NCBI GenBank assembly: GCA_031551135.1
Contig: JAVBOA010000012.1
Span: 844-64,843, forward strand
Direction of reading: 5' to 3'
Length of the DNA: 64,000 nucleotides
Source of the DNA: Eubacteriales bacterium
GTDB lineage: Bacteria > Bacillota > Clostridia > Lachnospirales > JAITVM01
In this document: piece after piece, positions 56,782 to 64,000 of the stretch
Numbering within the stretch: position 1 is the first letter of the stretch
How the letters are laid out: every line of letters begins with the position of its first letter
The notes under the pieces: generated by a model
What the model was told of the DNA's origin: nothing
Seen by the model: only the letters and a program-made list of their open reading frames with translations
The model's database searches: none
Made by a program: the position numbers and the translations under genes

Positions 56782-58338
56782 CTATTTTTTAGCCAGCTCA
56801 CCGGCGGCTTTTATTTTAACACGGTTTGTATTGCCGGGATAATACGCCAGCGGAACATCTTCGATATCAATTATTTCTACAGTCTCACGAATAGCGCCTG
56901 CATCAACGGCGATATTAACCGCCTCCAGTTTAGCATCTTCGAGTGCTTTGTCACGTGGGATTTTATTATAATCGATTAATTTTTCAAAAGTTCCGCTTAC
57001 TTTTGAAATCGCTGAACCGATTGCGTTTGCAGTTCCGAAATATTCAGGTTTAGTAACTGTAGACGCACCTTTTAAAGCGTTCGGCAAAATAATCGAGCCA
57101 CCGCCGACAAGGATAACATCTACATCTTGATTGGAAATTTTCATCACGTCAAGGGCATCTTCAGCCAGACGCAGGATTTCCGCCATAGCTTTATTCGCTA
57201 AATCTTCACTGATGCAATTGGTTTTAGTTTTATCTCCTAAATCAAACATTCCGAGCCGAACGGCAATATCCGTTGCGGTAATCACGTCTCCGCCAAAAAC
57301 AAGCGCTTTTTCGGTTATTTTATAGCCGACGCTGTCCGGTCCAACGCTTACGCTTCCGTCAGAATTTTCTCGAACAACAGAGCCGCCGCCCAAGCCGATT
57401 GTCAGGACATCCGGCATACGGAAATTAGTTCGTACGCCGCCGATAACCGCCGCCATGCTGGATTCGCGCGGAAATCCGTTTTGAATAACGCCGATATCGG
57501 TTGTAGTTCCGCCAACGTCGATTACCAAAGCGTCACGCAATTTCGAAAGATAAGAAGCACCTCTGATAGAGTTTGTCGGGCCGCAGGCGATTGTTAAAAC
57601 GGGATATTTGCGGGCGTGTTCCATTGTCATAAGCGTTCCGTCGTTTTGCGAAAGATAGATATCGGCGTTTACAACTCCGAGTTCGTTAAGCGAACGTGAA
57701 AATCCTTCGGTAAAACGTTCGGCGACTTTATAAAGAGCCGCATTCAAAATAGTAGCGTTCTCACGTTCGATTAATCCCATAGAGCCGATTTCATGCGAAA
57801 CCGAAATATGCGTATCATTTCCTAAAACTTCACGGCATATTTCTGCGATACGGGTTTCGTGTTCATTTCTGACCGTGGAAAATACACAGGATATCGCCAC
57901 AGAACTAATTTTATTTTTTAAACTTTCAAAAAATTTCCTAGCCGCATTTTCATCTAGGTCGGCAATTAATTTGCCGTCATATTCGAAACCGCCGCGAATC
58001 ATTTCTTGAGCCGCAACAATATTGCGGATATCGTCTGACCAATCTGCCATCGGAGGAACTCCCATTGCCGCCGGTGCGCCAATCCGAACTAAAGCTATAG
58101 GCGCAAGCTCTTTCCGCTCAACGATTGCGTTTGTACATTGTGTAGTACCGAGCATAGCTTGACGAATATCCTTCGGATTAATACCGGATATTTCAAGAAG
58201 ATTTTTGACAGCGCCGACAATGCCGTCGTAAACATCTCCTGTTGTCGGGTTTTTAATTTGAGCTATGATTTTCAAATCCTGATCGATAAGGACAGCGTCT
58301 GTATTTGTGCCGCCTACGTCAATTCCAAGTTTATACAT
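56782..58338 (-). CDS. Hydantoinase/oxoprolinase family protein
   Basis: GIDVGGTNTDAV, GTT..TNA, ERENATILNA, DVGGTTTD, GLGGGS. Confidence 0.9.
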   Translation of the reverse strand: MYKLGIDVGGTNTDAVLIDQDLKIIAQIKNPTTGDVYDGIVGAVKNLLEISGINPKDIRQAMLGTTQCTNAIVERKELAPIALVRIGAPAAMGVPPMADWSDDIRNIVAAQEMIRGGFEYDGKLIADLDENAARKFFESLKNKISSVAISCVFSTVRNEHETRIAEICREVLGNDTHISVSHEIGSMGLIERENATILNAALYKVAERFTEGFSRSLNELGVVNADIYLSQNDGTLMTMEHARKYPVLTIACGPTNSIRGASYLSKLRDALVIDVGGTTTDIGVIQNGFPRESSMAAVIGGVRTNFRMPDVLTIGLGGGSVVRENSDGSVSVGPDSVGYKITEKALVFGGDVITATDIAVRLGMFDLGDKTKTNCISEDLANKAMAEILRLAEDALDVMKISNQDVDVILVGGGSIILPNALKGASTVTKPEYFGTANAIGSAISKVSGTFEKLIDYNKIPRDKALEDAKLEAVNIAVDAGAIRETVEIIDIEDVPLAYYPGNTNRVKIKAAGELAKK

Positions 58339-59432
58339 TAATTGCGTACCCCCTTAAATCGTTCTTCAATCGGTATATACTCTGTATCACAGCCGAAATA
58401 TCGTGGGCCGACTAATTCCAAGCCTTTTTCACTGCGCCACATTTCAAAGCATTTTAAACCTACAACAATAACCCGTTTTCCGTATTTCAAAGCATCTGTG
58501 GTAACAGGGATAAAAGTTTCCGTATCAACAAGGCAGATTAAATCCGGTACAGTTGCAACGATTTCGCCATCAACGCAAGCAATGAGATTTTCGTTTTGAA
58601 ATTCAACATATGCGCTGTGGTCTTTAAATTCGCCGATACCCTCGATAACGACTTTTCCGAAATTAAATGCGCCTCTGGTTTCACGCAGTACATCTACAAT
58701 TTTGCCTTTGAAAATTTTAAATCCCTCTGTAGCGTTATAAAAATTCTCTTCGGGAGTTCCGTTGGTGCAAGATTTCAATTCACGGATTGCTTTTCCAAGC
58801 ATTTCACTTCTTGTAACAATATTTTTTACGGCATATTCTTTAAGCTGTTTTCCGTTCATTGCATATAAACAAACGCTGACGCTTCCGCCGCAGCTCATTG
58901 TTACGGCACGCGCCAATTCTTCTGTCCATTTGTTTGTAATTGTGTCAAATATTGCGCAATTTCCTTTTTCGTCGGTCAGTGCCATTGGAGTTGCTTTTAA
59001 TCCGCCGATTGTAAATGTAACCATCTGTAATTCCGGAAAAGCTCTGCCCATTCCGTCACAATCGACCATAGGCAGCCCGAGTCTTGCAGAAGCGGCAATC
59101 GGCAGCATAGAGTTTACGCCGCCGGCTTCGATTGGCATAAAAGCATAAATTTCTTTTCCGTAAAATTGCGAAACCATTTTGTAAAGGGTTTTGTATTCTT
59201 CGCCGCCGATGGCTTTTTCACTCAAAACAGTCGGTGCGCCCATCATTGCTATAGGTACAATCAGGGCATCATCCGGAACTTCCTCCGGGTCTAAGAGAGT
59301 GACTTCTCCGTATTCACGAATTGCACTGATAGCGACAAGCTTACCGATATACGGGTCACCTCCGCCGCCAGCGCCCAGCAATGCCGCTCCGAGCGCAATA
59401 TCTTCAATTTCTTTTAATCCTATTTTACGCAA
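58338..59432 (-). CDS. DUF917 family protein
   Basis: LGAGGGGDP, EAGGVN, D.DGMGRAFPELQM, FQNENL, VPDLI. Confidence 0.9.
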   Translation of the reverse strand: MRKIGLKEIEDIALGAALLGAGGGGDPYIGKLVAISAIREYGEVTLLDPEEVPDDALIVPIAMMGAPTVLSEKAIGGEEYKTLYKMVSQFYGKEIYAFMPIEAGGVNSMLPIAASARLGLPMVDCDGMGRAFPELQMVTFTIGGLKATPMALTDEKGNCAIFDTITNKWTEELARAVTMSCGGSVSVCLYAMNGKQLKEYAVKNIVTRSEMLGKAIRELKSCTNGTPEENFYNATEGFKIFKGKIVDVLRETRGAFNFGKVVIEGIGEFKDHSAYVEFQNENLIACVDGEIVATVPDLICLVDTETFIPVTTDALKYGKRVIVVGLKCFEMWRSEKGLELVGPRYFGCDTEYIPIEERFKGVRN

Positions 59433-59460
59433 ATTAATTACTCCTTTCGGTGTTTAAAAT

Positions 59461-60024
59461 TTATTTTTTAATCTCAAACCAATCTTCTTTTAAAATTCCG
59501 TAATGCGCCACATCATGAAAAATATCTTTGATTTTTACTTCCTTTTTCAAAATTCCTTCGAGTTCCATTCCGCATTTTTGCATAACTCGCCCGGAAGCAG
59601 GATTACCTGTATAATGTGTTGCTTCGACACGGTTCACTTCCAATTTTTCGAAACAAAGTTTCAAAACTGCCGAAAGAGCTTCCGTCATATAGCCTTTGCC
59701 CCAATATTTTCGGTTTAAAACATATCCGAAACCGGCTTTTTCGTGTTCAGGGTCTAAGCGGATATCAATACACCCGATGCATTTATTTTCATCTTTCGGC
59801 TCGATTGCAAAAATTCCGGGACGTGACCAGTTATAATTTATGATAGCATCTAAAGCTTCTTCTTCGGTTTTTACGCCGCACCATGTCAAATATTTCAAAG
59901 TTTCGGAGTCAGAGGCGTATTCAAGAACATCTGCTTTATCAGATTTTCGAAATCGCCGAAGATTCAAATGTTCGGTGTATAAGTTTTCATTGTCATAAAG
60001 AATTTCGTTGTAGTTTTTTACCAT
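59461..60024 (-). CDS. GNAT acetyltransferase (RimJ/RimL family)
   Basis: GY.LNRKYWGKGYMTEA and NPASGRVMQKCGM. Confidence 0.9.
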   Translation of the reverse strand: MVKNYNEILYDNENLYTEHLNLRRFRKSDKADVLEYASDSETLKYLTWCGVKTEEEALDAIINYNWSRPGIFAIEPKDENKCIGCIDIRLDPEHEKAGFGYVLNRKYWGKGYMTEALSAVLKLCFEKLEVNRVEATHYTGNPASGRVMQKCGMELEGILKKEVKIKDIFHDVAHYGILKEDWFEIKK

Positions 60025-60054
60025 ACAATCGCCGCCCTTATCGTTTTTTTTATC

Positions 60055-60513
60055 TCAACCGCTATACAATTCTTTGCGATATTCTTTATTCTCGAAATCA
60101 AATATTTCTCTAAATGGTTTATTATCTTCGTAAATCCAAAGCGTTATTTTTGTGGGAACTACTTTTATCAAAATCTCGTCGGGAAAAGCAGAATATCTGT
60201 CAAAAGAAGATTTATAATGCGTTTCGTATGCTTCGGCAAAAAATTTATTCTTTTCATCCAAGGGATGTCCGATATTGTGTGCAATTCCTTCAATCTGTAT
60301 ATTGTCCATGCACAGAGCAACCGACGGATTAGAATATATTTGCGAATATTTTTCGGATTTTGAATCTGCTTGCATATAAAATGAATTATCAATACAGACA
60401 CAGCTCATCATTCTTGCGGTAACTTTATTGTTTTTGGATGTTGCCAAAACCATTTTTTTAGCTGAGCCAATCGAATTGAAAAGTTCAGTGCAATTAATTC
60501 CAAATAAATTCAT
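60055..60513 (-). CDS. Pyridoxamine 5'-phosphate oxidase-like FMN-binding protein
   Basis: MVLATS...V.AR.M and K..QI..NP.VAL. Confidence 0.8.
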   Translation of the reverse strand: MNLFGINCTELFNSIGSAKKMVLATSKNNKVTARMMSCVCIDNSFYMQADSKSEKYSQIYSNPSVALCMDNIQIEGIAHNIGHPLDEKNKFFAEAYETHYKSSFDRYSAFPDEILIKVVPTKITLWIYEDNKPFREIFDFENKEYRKELYSG

Positions 60514-62468
60514 TCATGCTCCTCCGCATTCATAAATTTAGATATAAACTCATCTTCAGATATTATAGGGATTTTTAATTCGTTCGCTTTTTTGTTTTTT
60601 GAAGAATTTGAATTTATATCATTATTTATTAAATAGTTCGTTTTAGAGGTCACGGAAGAGGTTACTTTTCCGCCGAGTTTTTCTATAGTTTCCTGCAATT
60701 CTTTGCGGTTTTTGAACTTTGATACATCTCCGGTTATAACAAAAACAAGATTCTCGAGTTTATTTTCCATTTCTTGAGGCTTGTTTATATTCAGAATTTT
60801 CAGCGCATCATAAAATAATTCTAAATTTTCTTTTTGATGAAAATAATTATAAATGCATTCGGAAATAACTTCGCCGTAGCCTTCAATAGATTTCAGCTCG
60901 TCTTTTTCGGCATCCACGATTTTATCGATATCATATTTAAAATGCGAACAAAGAAGCTTTGCGTTACTCAAGCCAACTTGACTTATGCCAAGCGAATAAA
61001 TAAAATTAGGCAAATCTACATTTTTCGATTTTTCAATGGCTTTAATAAGTTTTTCATAAGAGCGTTTTCCAAAGCCTTCGAGATTTTGTATTTCATTTTC
61101 GAATTTATTTATATTAAAAATATCCAGATAATTACTGATAAAATTGTTTTCGATAAATTTTTCCAATGTGGCTTCCGAAAGTCCTTCAATATTCATGGCA
61201 TCACGAGAAGTAAAATGCCCCAAAAAGCTTAATTGCTGAGCTTTGCAATTTGGATTGCTGCATAATAAAACTTTTGTATCCTTTTGTTTTACAATTTCGG
61301 TTTTATTGCCGCAAACCGGGCAATTATCCGGTATTTTCAAATTATTGCTTCGGGTCTGGTTTTCCAATATCTGCGGAATAATCATATTCGCCTTATATAC
61401 TTCCAATGTGTCGCCGATTCCGATTTCCAAAGCTTCCAAAATCGATAAATTATGCAAAGATGCACGGTTTACGGTAGTACCTTCAAGTTCGACCGGCTCG
61501 AAAAGTGCGATTGGATTTATAAGCCCTGTTCTGGAAGTATTCCATATAATATCAATTAATTTTGTCTCACGGACTTCATCAGCCCATTTAAAAGCAATTG
61601 AGTCACGCGGAAATTTTGAGGTAGAGCCTAAAGAATCGCTGTAAGAAATCGAATCGTAGGTAAGAACAAGACCGTCCGAACCGAAATCGTTTGTTTCGAT
61701 TTTAGCTTCAAATTCGTATACAATATTTTCGATATTTTCGGCGTTCACGATTTTATATTCAACAACATCAAAACCCAATTCTTTCAAAAATTCAAGCTCA
61801 TTTTGTTTTTTATTTTGAAAATCTTTTGTTCCGGCGGAAACGAGTGAAAAAGCGAAAAAACAGACATTGCGTTTCGCAACAATTTCGCTGTTCAGCTGCC
61901 GAACCGTACCGCTGCAAAGGTTTCGCGGATTTTTGTATTTTTCATTTTCTTCAATATTTTCGTTTATCCGCTCGAATTCAGAATACGAAATAACTGCTTC
62001 GCCGCGCAAAATCAGATTTTCTTTAAAATTAATTTTCAGCGGTATGTTTTTAAAAACTTTGGCATTATGCGTAACATCCTCGCCGATTTCGCCGTTGCCG
62101 CGTGTTATAGCTTTTGATAAATTTCCGTTCTCGTATTTTAAAACGATAGTCAAGCCGTCTAATTTCCAAGAAAGCAAACCTTCGTTTTCGCCTAAAAAAG
62201 ATTTTAATTTAGAAATTTCTTTGGTCTTGTCCAAGGAGAGCATTCTGGAATCATGGCGGACTTTTTCCAAAACGCTGATAGTTTCAAAACCGACTATCTG
62301 TGTCGGGGAATTTTGAAAAATAATTCCATTTTCTGCTTCCAAGCCCTCAAGCTCATCATAGAGTTTATCATATTCAAAATTTGACATTATTTCTTCATTA
62401 TCGATATAATATGCTTTAGACGCTTTATTTAAAATTTCGATTAATTCTTTCATTCTGTCCAATTTCAT
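60510..62468 (-). CDS. ligA: NAD-dependent DNA ligase
   Basis: KLDG adenylation motif, TRGNG..GEDVT, NPRN, zinc finger CPVC...C...C, C-terminal BRCT. Confidence 0.96.
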   Translation of the reverse strand: MKLDRMKELIEILNKASKAYYIDNEEIMSNFEYDKLYDELEGLEAENGIIFQNSPTQIVGFETISVLEKVRHDSRMLSLDKTKEISKLKSFLGENEGLLSWKLDGLTIVLKYENGNLSKAITRGNGEIGEDVTHNAKVFKNIPLKINFKENLILRGEAVISYSEFERINENIEENEKYKNPRNLCSGTVRQLNSEIVAKRNVCFFAFSLVSAGTKDFQNKKQNELEFLKELGFDVVEYKIVNAENIENIVYEFEAKIETNDFGSDGLVLTYDSISYSDSLGSTSKFPRDSIAFKWADEVRETKLIDIIWNTSRTGLINPIALFEPVELEGTTVNRASLHNLSILEALEIGIGDTLEVYKANMIIPQILENQTRSNNLKIPDNCPVCGNKTEIVKQKDTKVLLCSNPNCKAQQLSFLGHFTSRDAMNIEGLSEATLEKFIENNFISNYLDIFNINKFENEIQNLEGFGKRSYEKLIKAIEKSKNVDLPNFIYSLGISQVGLSNAKLLCSHFKYDIDKIVDAEKDELKSIEGYGEVISECIYNYFHQKENLELFYDALKILNINKPQEMENKLENLVFVITGDVSKFKNRKELQETIEKLGGKVTSSVTSKTNYLINNDINSNSSKNKKANELKIPIISEDEFISKFMNAEEHE

Positions 62469-62808
62469 GGTATACCCTTTCTTGTACGATAAGATATTTT
62501 TTTGTAATAAAAAAGTGATACAAGGATTAAGGCTTTTTGTATCAATTGTGATATAATATTATTATTTTACTACAATCTTTCGAATAAAGCGAATCTGCTT
62601 GTAAAAATTATCTGTTTTTTTTGAATGTCCGAAAATATAAACTCTGCTTTCAAAAAACATTAATTATTATCTCAAAAAAGTACGAATAAATATTAATACT
62701 ATATTAAATTCTATAATCTGTCAGAGGGTTTTTCATTTCTGATAGATTACAAATTACCAATTTATCAAAATATTATGATATACAACTGTAATTTAATTAA
62801 GGAAAGGC

Positions 62809-63288
62809 ATGGTTAAAATGAAAACAATATACTTGGCTGGCGGATGTTTTTGGGGAATAGAAGAATTTTTTTCCAGATTAGACAACATTTTAAATACAGA
62901 GGTTGGCTATGCAAACGGAAATACCGAAAATCCCAGTTATGAAGAAGTTTGTAAGGATAATACCGGATTTGCGGAAACGGTTAAAGTTGAATATGATGAA
63001 AATAAAATATCACTTGAGTTTTTGTTGGAAAAATTTTTTTCTGTAATTGATCCAACATCCTTAAATCAACAAGCCGGTGATGTCGGCTCGCAATATCGCA
63101 CAGGCATTTATTATATCGATGTCGATGATATGAAAAAAATTTTGTTGTTTCGGGAAAAACAGGCAAAATTATATCAGAAGCCGATTGTTACAGAGGTATT
63201 GCCTTTGGGAAATTATTATAAGGCTGAGGAATATCATCAAAAATACCTGAAAAAAAATCCCGGCGGATATTGTCATATAAAATTTTAA
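62809..63288 (+). CDS. msrA: Peptide methionine sulfoxide reductase A
   Basis: AGGCFWG, YEEVC, QYRTGIY, AEEYHQ.YL.KNP.GYCH. Confidence 0.96.
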   Translation: MVKMKTIYLAGGCFWGIEEFFSRLDNILNTEVGYANGNTENPSYEEVCKDNTGFAETVKVEYDENKISLEFLLEKFFSVIDPTSLNQQAGDVGSQYRTGIYYIDVDDMKKILLFREKQAKLYQKPIVTEVLPLGNYYKAEEYHQKYLKKNPGGYCHIKF

Positions 63289-63300
63289 TTGAGGTAACTT

Positions 63301-64000
63301 ATGAATAGGAAAATATTTGAGCAAAAGATAGAGCAGTTTACGGAAAAAAAGAATGCTTTGCAAAAAACATTCTCACTGCTCGGAAATTTAAAGTTGGCAT
63401 GTGCTTTTGGTATAATATTTTTTGGATATTATTCTTTAAGAGGTGGCAGCCTTGTATATAATGTTTTATTTGTATTGTTAGTAGGTGTTTTTATCTATTT
63501 AGCAATAAAACAAAGCCGCGTAAAAAAAGATATTGATTATTCTTCGAGGATTCTCGAAATAAACAAGCGGTACCTGAAAAGACTGGAAGGAACTTGGTCG
63601 GATTTTGAGGATTCCGGAATTGAGTTTCTGGATAAAGAGCATGACTTTTCTTATGATTTAGATATTTTTGGAAAAAAATCTCTTTTTCAATTTATCAATG
63701 TTTCGCACACTTATTTGGGCAGAATAAAATTGGCAAATTATTTGTCTAATCCAAAATTTTCTCCCGAAACAATTGCCGCGAACCAAGAAGCGACGAAAGA
63801 ACTTTTTTCCAAGCCGGATTTTTGCCAAAATCTCGAAGCTTTTTCGCAAGCGTCCGACGATAACGCTGATGTATTAAAGATAATCAATTATTTAAAAGAT
63901 AATACGGTTTTTTATAAAAATAAAATAATTAAAGCTGTTTTGCATTTTATGCCGCTTATTTTTGCGCCCGTTGTTTTTGCAATTTATATTTTTGGACTTA
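63301..64000 (+). CDS. MutS-related protein with N-terminal membrane segments (3'-truncated by window)
   Basis: GAGGT RBS and ATG 63301; two hydrophobic helices then H.FSYDLDIFG..SLFQFIN...T..G...LA..L, typical of membrane MutS-domain-V proteins. Confidence 0.7.
   Translation, partial: MNRKIFEQKIEQFTEKKNALQKTFSLLGNLKLACAFGIIFFGYYSLRGGSLVYNVLFVLLVGVFIYLAIKQSRVKKDIDYSSRILEINKRYLKRLEGTWSDFEDSGIEFLDKEHDFSYDLDIFGKKSLFQFINVSHTYLGRIKLANYLSNPKFSPETIAANQEATKELFSKPDFCQNLEAFSQASDDNADVLKIINYLKDNTVFYKNKIIKAVLHFMPLIFAPVVFAIYIFGL

Noticed and set aside
1-64000. Many short track ORFs nested in or antisense to long genes; tRNA, rRNA and CRISPR arrays
   Set aside because: The short ORFs overlap well-supported genes and lack RBS or motifs; no cloverleaf, rRNA-like or regularly spaced repeat pattern was recognised by eye, which tRNAscan-SE and CRISPR finders could confirm

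Overview
The window has two parts. Bases 1 to about 29286 are the right-hand portion of a large SPbeta-like prophage, truncated at the left window edge, in a spore-forming clostridial (Firmicutes) chromosome. It starts with a putative lysis-lysogeny cassette: orphan HicA-like and MazF/NdoA-like RNases, a DGQHR/DndB-like (YopQ/SroE-like) protein and a tyrosine-recombinase-fold MrpR/YopR-like repressor. Next is a largely self-contained replication module in SPbeta-like order (SSB-like, Sak4/AAA, DnaB, primase, PD-(D/E)XK nuclease, DnaE, RecD2, RNase H). This is followed by a lytic transglycosylase, two orphan DNA methyltransferases (one a circularly permuted C5 enzyme), nucleotide-metabolism genes (NrdJ, dUTPase, ThyX-like, Gmk-like), a candidate directionality factor and a large serine integrase. 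Directly after the integrase is an orphan 22-codon 3' end of a CotJC-like spore-coat manganese catalase gene, which suggests the phage interrupts cotJC. A 15-bp operator-like motif recurs in phage intergenic regions. Bases from about 29290 to 64000 are host DNA: a BMP-type ABC transporter divergent from a sulfatase and Crp/Fnr regulator, a GH13 enzyme, citDEFCX, tmk-darA-yaaR-holB-yaaT, thrR-hom-thrB-lysC, spoIIP, DUF917/hydantoinase, ligA, msrA and a truncated MutS-like gene. The host part also has four copies of a TTA-flanked MITE-like repeat. No rRNA, tRNA or CRISPR array was recognised. All family assignments come from motifs read by eye; no database search was run.
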